Shown here one piece after another: positions 24,879-32,947 of a stretch of 32,947 nucleotides of DNA. Every line of letters starts with the position of its first letter. Positions within the stretch are counted from its first letter, which is position 1. The translations under genes were made by a program, and so were the position numbers. The DNA comes from Lachnospiraceae bacterium (lineage in GTDB: Bacteria; Bacillota; Clostridia; Lachnospirales; Lachnospiraceae). Where the stretch lies: positions 1-32,947 of the forward strand of contig JAZQLB010000156.1 of NCBI GenBank assembly GCA_045542475.1, written 5' to 3'. The notes beneath the pieces were generated by a model that ran no database searches, was not told where the DNA came from, and saw only the letters and a program-made list of their open reading frames with translations.

Positions 24879-25838
24879 CTATAATAATCCGTCTTCGCCG
24901 AGTGCCTTAGCAACCTTATCAGCTATGATAACAAGTGCAAGACCTACCAACGACTGGAACAGACCAACGGCTGTTGCCTGTGAAAACTTCGAGTTGCCAA
25001 GACCCTTCTCATATATGTACACAGCAAGCTGATACTGGAAGTCAACAACCTTCGCGTTGTAGAATACGTCAAGACGCTCGTAGTTACTTCCCATAACTCG
25101 ACCAAGGTTCATAATTAATAATGTAACGATTGTACCCTTGATACCAGGTAATGTGATATGCCACATTCTCTTCCATCTTCCGGCACCGTCAATCATGGCT
25201 GCTTCGTAAAGCTCACCACTAATACTTGTAATGGCTGCAAGATAAATAATTGTTCCCCAGCCCATTCCCTGCCATACACCGATTAAAAGATATGTAACAG
25301 CCCAATGCCACTTCTCTGTCAGGAACGGAATACCCTCTTCAATAATCCCCGCATTCATCAAAGCAACATTGATAAGACCTGATGTAGGCTTAAATATTGT
25401 ATAAGCAACACTACCAACAATAACCCACGATAAGAAATGTGGTAAGTAAAGAATTGTCTGTGTTACCTTCTTAAACTTAGGATATCTAAGCTCGTTAAGC
25501 ATAAGAGCCAGTATGATAGGCATTGGGAAACCAACTGCTAAATCAAGTAAGTTAAATACTATCGAGTTACGAAGCGCTCTATAGAAATCCTTATCCTTAA
25601 ATATCTTCTCAAAAATCTCAAAGCCAACCCACTCGCTGCCATCGTAGCCCTTCGCCGGCTTATAATCCATGAATACCATTCTAAGTCCCGGATAAGCAGC
25701 ATAGTTAAATAAGAATACTGTTATCAAAGGAAAGAGAAGCAATACATACAACTGCCAGTCTCTCTTTAAGAAGGCTAAAGGTCTTCTGCTCTTCTGTGCC
25801 AACACTATAGGTGGCTTAACTACCTTAGTACCTTTCAT
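24879..25838 (-). CDS. Carbohydrate ABC transporter permease (LplB-like)
   Basis: 319 aa, EAA loop LYEAAMIDGAGRWKRMWHITLPGIK. GGAGGA RBS. Confidence 0.9.
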   Translation of the reverse strand: MKGTKVVKPPIVLAQKSRRPLAFLKRDWQLYVLLLFPLITVFLFNYAAYPGLRMVFMDYKPAKGYDGSEWVGFEIFEKIFKDKDFYRALRNSIVFNLLDLAVGFPMPIILALMLNELRYPKFKKVTQTILYLPHFLSWVIVGSVAYTIFKPTSGLINVALMNAGIIEEGIPFLTEKWHWAVTYLLIGVWQGMGWGTIIYLAAITSISGELYEAAMIDGAGRWKRMWHITLPGIKGTIVTLLIMNLGRVMGSNYERLDVFYNAKVVDFQYQLAVYIYEKGLGNSKFSQATAVGLFQSLVGLALVIIADKVAKALGEDGLL

Positions 25839-26027
25839 AATATGTCCTCCATTCTACATTACCGATTGCTATTTCTTTTAGACATTTTTCACAATCAATT
25901 CTCTTTTTCATATCATAATTTTATACAATTTTTAGTTCCATTTCTAAGTAATTCTAATCTTAAACTGTGCAAAAACGACCATTTGGTATTTTTGTTTTTT
26001 TGTTTTTTTGTATACAATGTAGCCACA

Positions 26028-26082
26028 TTTCCATTTTTTGCTCTTGGTTTTATGCGGTTTTGATGTGTTTTTGTGGTTTTTT
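26028..26082 (+). other. Phased T-tracts (predicted intrinsically curved DNA) in the divergent control region
   Basis: T-runs start near 26028, 26034, 26048, 26058, 26068 and 26077. The last four have roughly 10-bp periodicity. The plus strand is almost purely G/T from 26040 to 26110. Confidence 0.5.
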
Positions 26083-26107
26083 GCCTTATTTCCTTTGTTG
26101 TTGCTGG

Positions 26108-26136
26108 TTGAAATTACTATTTAAATGTAATATAAT
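26108..26136 (+). promoter_or_regulatory. Sigma-A promoter of the AraC regulator gene
   Basis: TTGAAA (26108-26113), 17-nt spacer, TATAAT (26131-26136). Confidence 0.55.
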
Positions 26137-26169
26137 GTATATAAGTATTAGTTTAGAACGGAGGTTATT

Positions 26170-27093
26170 ATGAGCAAGCCCAAAAAAATCATAACTGAAT
26201 ATCGCCATTATGATTTGTCGCCTGATTTCCCACTTATGGTACTGTCAGGTGATCGCTGGAAAATATCCGATGTTAAATCCGACCGACTCCATTTCCACAA
26301 TTGTCTGGAGATAGGTATATGCCATAGCTGGAGCGGCTATATGGATTTCGGTGACACCACCCGCCCGTATAAGGCAGGAGATTTCACCTTTGTAATGAGA
26401 AACTTTCCTCATACTACATATTCTACTGCCGGCGATAAGAGCTTATGGTCATATATATTTGTAGACCTTGAAGGATTTTTTAAGAATCAGGCACAGATAA
26501 ATTCAATTGTACAATTGATTAGTTCCGCAAATTATTATATTATGAATAAAGAAGAATCTCCAAAGCTGTATAACTATATTACAGCCATTATAGATGAGAT
26601 GACTACTAAGAATTCCGGATACATGACCTGCGTAAGCGGTCTTATGACAGCCGTTGTTACCGAGTTATCAAGATTATCCGAAAAACATACCAATAAGCAG
26701 GAGCCTATCAACAACAGTAACATGCTGACAATACATCCTGCGCTTAACTACATATATGATAATTACATGCAGCAGTTCCCAATTGAACACCTTGCTGATT
26801 TGTGCCACCTTAGTGTTACACATTTCCGCCGCATATTTAATTCAATTATGGGAACCAGTCCGCTTGAATATATTAATAACACAAGAATTGACCATGCCTG
26901 CGTGCTTCTGCAAAGAACCGATACCTCCATCCTTGAAATTTCAGAGATGGTAGGCTTCCATTCCGTATCTAGTTTCAACCGTGCCTTCTATAAGGTAATG
27001 GAGACTTCACCAAGAGAATGGCGCAAGAAACACAATCAAGGCGAGACCGTCACCAAGAAACAATCCGTGCTGGAATATCACGGTTGGTTATAA
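26170..27093 (+). CDS. AraC-family transcriptional regulator (cupin sensor plus double HTH)
   Basis: 307 aa. C-terminal AraC signature: LADLCHLSVTHFRRIFNSIMGTSPLEYINNTRIDHACVLLQRTDTSILEISEMVGFHSVSSFNRAFYKVMETSPREWR. Confidence 0.9.
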   Translation: MSKPKKIITEYRHYDLSPDFPLMVLSGDRWKISDVKSDRLHFHNCLEIGICHSWSGYMDFGDTTRPYKAGDFTFVMRNFPHTTYSTAGDKSLWSYIFVDLEGFFKNQAQINSIVQLISSANYYIMNKEESPKLYNYITAIIDEMTTKNSGYMTCVSGLMTAVVTELSRLSEKHTNKQEPINNSNMLTIHPALNYIYDNYMQQFPIEHLADLCHLSVTHFRRIFNSIMGTSPLEYINNTRIDHACVLLQRTDTSILEISEMVGFHSVSSFNRAFYKVMETSPREWRKKHNQGETVTKKQSVLEYHGWL

Positions 27094-27116
27094 ATTAATA
27101 TTTCATAAATCCAAAT

Positions 27117-29066
27117 ATGGGGGATACCATTATGAATGACACCACATCATCAGACATTTTTATTATGAAGAAATTATATCAGGCAGCCTATAACTTTGGC
27201 AGCTCGCCTGACGAAGAAAGCGATTCAATCCAGGTATATCCTGACGACATCTTCTCCTTCGAGAAGGGCTACGGTTTCCTTACAGAGGAAGCAAGAAATT
27301 CAGATCCTCTTCTTAATATAGAAGAGATTAATTCCGGCTTTTCACCTCAGTACTGGTATGCCGATGCGAAGCTTATCAGACCGGAGGCCGATAAAAACGG
27401 CGTATATCTTGCAAACGGAATTGTAGATGGTGGTTATATTCCTCTTACCTTTAAGGCAAGAGTCCCACGTCAGGGCAACTATAAGGTAACTATTGTTATT
27501 GCCGCAGGTGAGGAACCAATTAAAGGCTTAACTATTTTTTCAGGCAGAAGACGTTTGGAATCCCTTAAAGGCGACTACTGCCCTAATGAGGTACGTGCAT
27601 ATGTATTTGATGTCAATGTATGCGACATTATTCCTCGTGGACATGAAGAGGTGTTTGAGGACAAGACAATCGACATTACTTTAATAGGAAGTCGTCCAGT
27701 ATTTACCTCCCTTACTATAGAGGAGTCCGAGACTCCTACTGTATTTATAGCAGGAGATTCAACTGTAACAGACCAGCCTTGCTGCTATCCATATTATCCC
27801 GAGAGCAGCTACTGCGGATGGGGCCAGTTCTTTACCTATTATGTATCCAACTGGGCTGCAGTATCTAACCACTCCCATTCAGGTCTTACTACTGAATCCT
27901 TCCGTTCCGAAGGACATTATGACATTATAAAAAAATATATTAAGCCGGGGGATTTCTGCTTATTCCAGTTCGGACATAACGACCAGAAGCTGCCACATCT
28001 GGCTGCTGATACAGGCTACTCAGATAATCTGGCCCGCTATATTGATGAGATAAGAGAATTAGGGGCATTCCCTGTAATTGTTACACCTATTGCCAGAAAT
28101 ACATGGAAGGGCAGCGACGGCAGCTACAACGACCTGCTCGCAGACCATGCAAATGCCTGCATCAAGGTTGCCGCTGACAAGAATGTTCCTCTTATAGACC
28201 TGCATCAGGTAAGTATGGACTTTATTAAAAAGGTAGGTCTTACAGATGCTACACGCTATTTCTTCCCTAAGGATTACACCCACACTAATGACTATGGTGC
28301 ATATCTTATGGCAGGCTTTGTAGCCAAGGAGATTAAACGACTTCATGAAATCTGTCCAATACCTATCCGCTCATCGCTTTGTGGTAAGGTATACGACTAT
28401 GTTATGGAAGAAAAACGTCCTGTTACCATGGAAGAGCTTATGGCATCAGATGATTTTATTCCACCAATGAAAATTGCCGCTGCCACACCGCCGGAGCACC
28501 TTAAGAACATCCCTGTTCCAAAGCCGGCACCAATGTGCGTGGTTAAGTATACAGACCTTGATAATAACGAAAACAAGAATTTAATTATTTCGCTTGCAGA
28601 GCGAGGTATGTTCCATATAACTGAGGGTGAATTCAAGCCCGAGGAACCAATAAGCCGTATTGATGCCATTAATATGGTAACAAAGGCAGCCAATTTTGTA
28701 CCTGTTAATGTTTACAACGACATGTTCACTGACGTAATCGGTCACGAATGGTATGCAGGTGTAGTGGAATGTGCTTATGCTAATGATATTTTGGATGGCA
28801 CGCTTCTTGAGGGGAAGACCTTCAAACCGGACAAAGCAGTAACCGCCGAGGAAATGGCTTCCTTCTGTGTTAATGCCTACAAGAGCAAAATCATTAACAA
28901 CAGCATTTTACCATATACCGCCAACCTTAACGCAGCTGACTGGTTTAAGAAATATGCTGACACAGCTGCCCATTTAGGCTATGTGAATCCAGACTTTGAT
29001 GGAAGCAAGCCTGTAACCCGTGAAAATGCAGCTAAATATATTAATACATTAATCAGTAATCTATAA
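27117..29066 (+). CDS. SGNH/GDSL hydrolase, CE12-like rhamnogalacturonan acetylesterase, with N-terminal beta-rich domain and three C-terminal SLH-like repeats
   Basis: SGNH blocks FIAGDSTVTD, FQFGHNDQ and DYTHTN. The C-terminus has YTDLDNN..., FTDVIGHEWYAGVVECAYANDILDG... and a third SLH-like unit. An alternative start at 27132 has a GGGGGA RBS. Neither start gives a signal peptide. Confidence 0.78.
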   Translation: MGDTIMNDTTSSDIFIMKKLYQAAYNFGSSPDEESDSIQVYPDDIFSFEKGYGFLTEEARNSDPLLNIEEINSGFSPQYWYADAKLIRPEADKNGVYLANGIVDGGYIPLTFKARVPRQGNYKVTIVIAAGEEPIKGLTIFSGRRRLESLKGDYCPNEVRAYVFDVNVCDIIPRGHEEVFEDKTIDITLIGSRPVFTSLTIEESETPTVFIAGDSTVTDQPCCYPYYPESSYCGWGQFFTYYVSNWAAVSNHSHSGLTTESFRSEGHYDIIKKYIKPGDFCLFQFGHNDQKLPHLAADTGYSDNLARYIDEIRELGAFPVIVTPIARNTWKGSDGSYNDLLADHANACIKVAADKNVPLIDLHQVSMDFIKKVGLTDATRYFFPKDYTHTNDYGAYLMAGFVAKEIKRLHEICPIPIRSSLCGKVYDYVMEEKRPVTMEELMASDDFIPPMKIAAATPPEHLKNIPVPKPAPMCVVKYTDLDNNENKNLIISLAERGMFHITEGEFKPEEPISRIDAINMVTKAANFVPVNVYNDMFTDVIGHEWYAGVVECAYANDILDGTLLEGKTFKPDKAVTAEEMASFCVNAYKSKIINNSILPYTANLNAADWFKKYADTAAHLGYVNPDFDGSKPVTRENAAKYINTLISNL

Positions 29067-29085
29067 TATATTTTTACAAAAAATC

Positions 29086-29134
29086 TTAAAGGGACTTTGT
29101 CGCCAGCGGTGATAAAGCCCCTTTAATACTTTTT
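29086..29134 (+). terminator. Terminator after the acetylesterase gene
   Basis: Long imperfect stem TTAAAGGGaCTTTGTC...GATAAAGcCCCTTTAA, followed by TAC and then TTTTT. Confidence 0.6.
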
Positions 29135-29166
29135 ACAGAATATATACGGTCAATCATCAAACAGCA

Positions 29167-29195
29167 TTGACATACTAGTACTTTTGTTATATAGT
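29167..29195 (+). promoter_or_regulatory. Sigma-A promoter of the 132-aa gene
   Basis: TTGACA (29167-29172), 17-nt spacer, TATAGT (29190-29195). Confidence 0.55.
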
Positions 29196-29208
29196 ATATA
29201 TATCAAAT

Positions 29209-29222
29209 ATACCATTTGGTAT
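29209..29222. promoter_or_regulatory. Perfect palindrome ATACCA-TT-TGGTAT just downstream of the -10 (candidate operator)
   Basis: 6-2-6 perfect inverted repeat overlapping the predicted transcription start region. Confidence 0.35.
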
Positions 29223-29268
29223 CAGGAATTTATTTTATCTTATACTATACAGCAAAGGAGATATTACT

Positions 29269-29667
29269 ATGGCAAAACAGAATGGAGCACAGACAGTTGA
29301 CACAATTACCGGAAGACATATCGTTCACTCTGCAGGAGTGGGTAAGACTAATATCGATGAGCTTAAGTGGCTTACAGATACCGTATTAACCAGCGCAGCA
29401 TCATGGAAAACATCAGGCTGGGCATATATTGCAGATTGTTCTAAGATGAACCCTGTATCACCTGCCGAGGGTGGCGAGCTTGTTATTATGACTAAGAAGT
29501 TCGTAGATGCAGGTTGTAAGGCATTTGCTTTTGTTGACGGTAATTCACTTATGCTTAAGATACAGGCACAGAAGAATACACAGCGTTCAGAGACCGGGGT
29601 TTTGGAAGGTCATTTTGCAACACTCGAAGATGCTTTGGACTGGTTAAAAGATGAGGTTAATATCTAA
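29269..29667 (+). CDS. Hypothetical protein (STAS/SpoIIAA-like fold is only a guess)
   Basis: 132-aa ORF with AAAGGAG RBS, its own promoter and its own terminator. Confidence 0.55.
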   Translation: MAKQNGAQTVDTITGRHIVHSAGVGKTNIDELKWLTDTVLTSAASWKTSGWAYIADCSKMNPVSPAEGGELVIMTKKFVDAGCKAFAFVDGNSLMLKIQAQKNTQRSETGVLEGHFATLEDALDWLKDEVNI

Positions 29668-29683
29668 TTTATAAGTTAACAAG

Positions 29684-29711
29684 GAGGATGTCTTTGACAT
29701 CCTCTTTTTTT
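29684..29711 (+). terminator. Rho-independent terminator
   Basis: GAGGATGTC-TTT-GACATCCTC perfect 9-bp stem, followed by TTTTTTT. Confidence 0.85.
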
Positions 29712-29748
29712 ACCTGTAACTTTTTTAATATTTTTTCTCAAAAAGCTA

Positions 29749-29796
29749 TTGACATTTTATCAAAATGTGTTATTATAATATCAGTAATCATTACTG
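29749..29796 (+). promoter_or_regulatory. perR-rbr promoter with a Fur-family 7-1-7 operator
   Basis: TTGACA at 29749-29754, then TATTAT/TATAAT around 29771-29779. The perfect palindrome CAGTAAT-C-ATTACTG at 29782-29796 shares the TAAT-N-ATTA core of Fur/PerR boxes. Confidence 0.55.
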
Positions 29797-29822
29797 TTAT
29801 CGATTACAAAACGGAGGATAAT

Positions 29823-30221
29823 ATGGCAGAGCTAAGATACAGCAGACAGCGTGAAGCAATTATGAGTTTTTTGATGAGTCGTAAGGATCACCCTACTGCT
29901 GATACTGTTTATCAGAATGTAAGAGAAGAGTTTCCGAATATAAGCCTGGGTACTGTCTATCGCAATCTCACACTGTTATCGGACCTGGGAGAAATACAGA
30001 GACTTCATCTTAATGATGGTACAGACCATTTCGATGCTGACACATCTGAACACTATCATTTTGTGTGTAGTCATTGTAAAGAGGTCATTGACTTGGAGGT
30101 TAAGAATCTGGACATTATTAAAACCTTAGCCCAGAAGTCATTTAATGGGACTATTGACGGACACGTCACTTATTTCTACGGCACCTGTACTATTTGCTCT
30201 GAAAATGTGAATAATAATTAA
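29823..30221 (+). CDS. perR: Fur-family metalloregulator, PerR-like
   Basis: 132 aa from the ATG at 29823 (MAELRYSRQREAIMSFL...), with GGAGGA RBS. It has a winged helix (LGTVYRNL), HYHFVCSHC...CTIC with two CxxC pairs, and a location directly upstream of rubrerythrin. The track start at 29688 is rejected. Confidence 0.75.
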   Translation: MAELRYSRQREAIMSFLMSRKDHPTADTVYQNVREEFPNISLGTVYRNLTLLSDLGEIQRLHLNDGTDHFDADTSEHYHFVCSHCKEVIDLEVKNLDIIKTLAQKSFNGTIDGHVTYFYGTCTICSENVNNN

Positions 30222-30257
30222 CAAAATATAACAAATACAAGAAAAGGAGAATTAATT

Positions 30258-30800
30258 ATGTCAAAGTATGTATGTGAAATCTGTGGTTATGTTCATGAGG
30301 GAGATTCAGCTCCTGAAAAATGTCCAATCTGTAATGCACCTGCTTCTAAGTTCACAGAACAGTCAGGCGAGAAGGTATGGGCAGCTGAGCATGTTGTAGG
30401 TGTTGCCCAGGGCGTAAGTGAGGATATTATTAAGGATTTAAGAGCCAATTTCAATGGCGAGTGTACAGAAGTTGGTATGTACCTTGCAATGGCACGCGTT
30501 GCTCACAGAGAGGGCTATCCTGAAATCGGTCTTTATTATGAGAAGGCTGGTTGGGAAGAGGCTGAGCACGCAGCTAAGTTTGCAGAGTTACTTGGCGAGG
30601 TAGTTACTAACAGTACTAAGAAGAATCTTGAGTTAAGAGTAGATGCTGAGAACGGTGCAACAGCTGGTAAGGCTGACCTTGCAAAGAGAGCTAAGGAGGC
30701 TAATCTTGATGCTATTCATGATACAGTTCATGAAATGGCTAGGGACGAGGCTAGACACGGAAAGGCGTTTGAGGGATTACTCAAGAGATACTTCGCATAA
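30258..30800 (+). CDS. rbr: Reverse rubrerythrin (N-terminal rubredoxin-like domain, C-terminal ferritin-like di-iron domain)
   Basis: CEICGY...CPIC at the N-terminus, followed by ExxH di-iron motifs ([18 protein letters not shown]). AAGGAG RBS. Confidence 0.88.
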   Translation: MSKYVCEICGYVHEGDSAPEKCPICNAPASKFTEQSGEKVWAAEHVVGVAQGVSEDIIKDLRANFNGECTEVGMYLAMARVAHREGYPEIGLYYEKAGWEEAEHAAKFAELLGEVVTNSTKKNLELRVDAENGATAGKADLAKRAKEANLDAIHDTVHEMARDEARHGKAFEGLLKRYFA

Positions 30801-30830
30801 TTCTCCAACCGCATAAAACAATAATTTGCT

Positions 30831-30866
30831 GAGGGTAAACTGTAAAGGGTTTACCCTCTTATTTCT
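30831..30866 (+). terminator. Terminator after rbr
   Basis: GAGGGTAAAC / GTTTACCCTC perfect 10-bp stem (30831-30840 / 30849-30858). The T-tract is weak (TTATTTC). Confidence 0.6.
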
Positions 30867-30960
30867 GACTATTCGTTCGTAATAGTTTAATTTTCTATTT
30901 ATATATATACAAAACGACATAAAGACTATCTATTCCCCTCTATCCTTTTTCCTAATTTTG

Positions 30961-30969
30961 TGTTAATAT
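30961..30969 (+). promoter_or_regulatory. Candidate extended -10 promoter (TGtTAATAT) of the PilZ gene
   Basis: TG at 30961-30962 and TAATAT at 30964-30969, 29 nt upstream of the TTG start. Confidence 0.35.
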
Positions 30970-30997
30970 TATACTACACGGATAGGAGGTATTAGCT

Positions 30998-31624
30998 TTG
31001 GGTATTGGGTTATCAGAAATTGAAGAAGGCACATATATTTCATTACATATAAGCAATGACGACGGCACTCTTGATATGGGCGCAACCCTGCTTAAACATG
31101 TCCGGGATAAGGTTGCCATTATCGACCTTGAATACGAGGGTGCTGAACGCCTTAATTTTGAAAACGTTCAGATAGATATGGAATATGCACCGGAAGACGG
31201 CATCCCTTTGGTATGGCATAATGCCAAGATACATAATTTCAAGGGTAATTATATACTTCAGGTCTTTTCCGAGGGCTTTAAGCATAATCGCCGTAACTCT
31301 TTCCGTATTTCGGTAGCCAAGACTGCCATTATGAGAATGCCCGGCAAAGGCGTACCTTTCGTTATGGTTAAGGACGTGAGCGTTTCCGGCTTTTCCCTTT
31401 CCGACAGAAAGAGAGAGCTCAATCTGGTTGTAGGTGACAAGCTGTCAGTTTCCTTTGAGGATTTAGGCTATCAGCTTGATTTAGAAGGACGTGTAGTCAG
31501 AATTGAAGAGCGCGAGGACATGGTGGTGTATGGATTAGTAATCTGCAATCTGTGCAAGAACCTTACGCCATATATTAATTTAAAACAGCTTCGCAACAGA
31601 AGCAAGAATAAGGATAAAGATTGA
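30998..31624 (+). CDS. PilZ-domain protein (predicted c-di-GMP receptor)
   Basis: RRNSFR (RxxxR) followed by DVSVSGF (DxSxxG) in the C-terminal half. TTG start with AGGAGG 8 nt upstream. Confidence 0.72.
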   Translation: MGIGLSEIEEGTYISLHISNDDGTLDMGATLLKHVRDKVAIIDLEYEGAERLNFENVQIDMEYAPEDGIPLVWHNAKIHNFKGNYILQVFSEGFKHNRRNSFRISVAKTAIMRMPGKGVPFVMVKDVSVSGFSLSDRKRELNLVVGDKLSVSFEDLGYQLDLEGRVVRIEEREDMVVYGLVICNLCKNLTPYINLKQLRNRSKNKDKD

Positions 31625-31627
31625 TTT

Positions 31628-31651
31628 AAGGGCTTTTATAAGCCCTTTTTT
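31628..31651 (+). terminator. Rho-independent terminator
   Basis: AAGGGCTT-TTAT-AAGCCCTT, followed by TTTT. The hairpin also lies downstream of the convergent minus-strand gene, but there is no U-run on that strand. Confidence 0.8.
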
Positions 31652-31673
31652 ATTGCATCTTTTTTCCATTATT

Positions 31674-32303
31674 TTAATTAAGTGAATTCCAGAATTTATA
31701 TGCTCTTGTATTAGTGGTATCAATTCTCCACCTTGGCTGCATTTCCCTGTCCTTGTACATTCTGCGGGCGTTATGCACAAAATCACCCATTAACAATATC
31801 ATTAATGACACCGCTGTTAGGCGAAGCTTATCATAATCCCATGCCTCAAACTTATTTATAAGCGGAACAAAACAATTATCCATAAATGCAGTTACCATCA
31901 ATGCAAAGCCCATGCTCGTAGGAATGGTAGTATATCTTGTAATGCGCATAGGAAGCCTTGAATAATCCCACCAGTAAAAGCCACAGGTATATTCCACCAG
32001 CTTTCCAAGGAGAATTTCGCCAATACATATACATACCACTACCAGCAGAAAATACAAAAGCTTACTTACATACTTTCTTCTGATGTTAAGCTTATTCCCC
32101 AACAGCACTACTTCTCCCGGTGTCCCTAAAAGCACGAGAATAGCCACCATTGCCAACCCGTATCCAATTAAAAACGGCAGACACATATTTCTGTTATCCA
32201 TAAAGCCCTTTGTTATCGCCAGCCACACATTCTCCACAACAAACCCCAAAAATGACACTACCACCATCACCATACACAACGCCAGAATCTGAATCATTTT
32301 CAT
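31674..32303 (-). CDS. Polytopic membrane protein, CmpB/DUF1113-like (putative type IV ABC-transporter-like permease)
   Basis: Start placed at the ATG at 32303 (MKMIQIL...), with GGGAGAG 8 nt upstream. FLGFVVENVW...NRNMCLPFLIGYGLA resembles the family N-terminus as I recall it. Confidence 0.55.
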   Translation of the reverse strand: MKMIQILALCMVMVVVSFLGFVVENVWLAITKGFMDNRNMCLPFLIGYGLAMVAILVLLGTPGEVVLLGNKLNIRRKYVSKLLYFLLVVVCICIGEILLGKLVEYTCGFYWWDYSRLPMRITRYTTIPTSMGFALMVTAFMDNCFVPLINKFEAWDYDKLRLTAVSLMILLMGDFVHNARRMYKDREMQPRWRIDTTNTRAYKFWNSLN

Positions 32304-32328
32304 ATTCTTCACTCTCCCTTCTAAAAAA

Positions 32329-32757
32329 CTAACAATTCAAATATTCTCTTATGTTATTACTCATCAACCTGATATTACTGCTAATCCTTTCAATATCCTC
32401 TGCACTGTAACCCTTTAATGCTATTTTAAAAAAGTTTTCCTGTGCCACCTTTCCCTCTTGAAGCAAAGCATTGGCTGCTTCACACAGCTTAAGGTGAATA
32501 GTCCTTCTGTTATTCCCCTTGTAGGTTCTTATAATATAATCCCTTTCCTCAAGATGCTTAATAGACATTGACACCTGCGACTTGGCAATATTAAGCGCTC
32601 TTACCAGCTCTGTAGCCGTATCCAAATCAGCCGCCTGTCCAAGCAGCATCACAATATCAAACTCTGCTGCTGTAACACGGTACTTCTCACATACCGGTGC
32701 TATATTTTTCCAATAACATTCCTTTAATAATGACATAAAATCAATGAGCCCTCTCAT
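32329..32757 (-). CDS. MarR-family transcriptional regulator
   Basis: 142 aa with a winged HTH (ATELVRALNIAKSQVSMSIKHLEERDYIIRTYKGNNRRTIHLKL). It lies directly upstream of the membrane protein gene on the same strand. Confidence 0.85.
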   Translation of the reverse strand: MRGLIDFMSLLKECYWKNIAPVCEKYRVTAAEFDIVMLLGQAADLDTATELVRALNIAKSQVSMSIKHLEERDYIIRTYKGNNRRTIHLKLCEAANALLQEGKVAQENFFKIALKGYSAEDIERISSNIRLMSNNIREYLNC

Positions 32758-32947
32758 CTTCTTTACCCGCCTTTTTATTCTTGATAGATTTTACATTAAC
32801 TGTTCAAAATAGAACAGTTCATTTTCGAACATTATATACCAACCTTTGTATAAAAGCAATATATTTGTGAAAACTATCACTTGACACATTCTATTTTATG
32901 ATGTAGTATTGTTTTATACTTGATGTAGTTTTTAATACTACTTGTTG

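Noticed and set aside
25842-26173. Track ORFs 25842-26063 and 25967-26173 (Phe/Cys/Leu-rich)
   Set aside because: They are translations of the T-rich divergent promoter region. They have no RBS and overlap the araC-type promoter.
29688-29822. 45-codon extension of the Fur-family ORF
   Set aside because: It starts inside the terminator hairpin of the previous gene and spans the promoter and operator. The ATG at 29823 has a GGAGGA RBS and yields the usual Fur-family N-terminus.

Overview
This is a low-GC Clostridia-type chromosome segment. spoIIID is present and the gene content looks Lachnospiraceae-like, but the taxon cannot be proven from the sequence alone. I count about 32 protein genes and see no rRNA, tRNA or CRISPR array.

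Left to right:
- Two tandem LicD-family genes, then spoIIID.
- A trkA-trkH K+ uptake operon that runs without a visible terminator into a hypothetical gene and a Glyco_tranf_2_5-like gene.
- A divergent pair: an Asn/Ser-repeat mini-protein and a four-helix-bundle protein.
- A long minus-strand block: acidic lipoprotein, Zn-PLC-like protein, ApbE, TerB-like plus SpoVK-type AAA+ ATPase, trigger-factor-like FKBP lipoprotein, PAS/degenerate-GGDEF/GAF sensor, CDF transporter and a small unknown.
- A small accessory-looking patch: a PD-(D/E)XK Rpn-type nuclease/transposase and a HIT protein.
- A rhamnogalacturonan-I-type utilisation locus: GH112 phosphorylase, GH105, a CUT1 ABC binding protein with two permeases, an AraC regulator, and a CE12-like SGNH acetylesterase with an SLH-like tail.
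- A STAS-like unknown, a perR-reverse rubrerythrin operon, a PilZ protein, a CmpB-like membrane protein and MarR.

The most unexplained signal is non-coding and lies in the 17993-18660 intergenic gap. It holds two copies, in opposite orientation, of a conserved ~106-nt hairpin core with 8 fully compensated base-pair substitutions. Each copy is extended by unrelated but perfectly complementary arms (28/28 and 38/38 bp). I cannot assign it from memory to any known RNA family, mobile element or recombination site.
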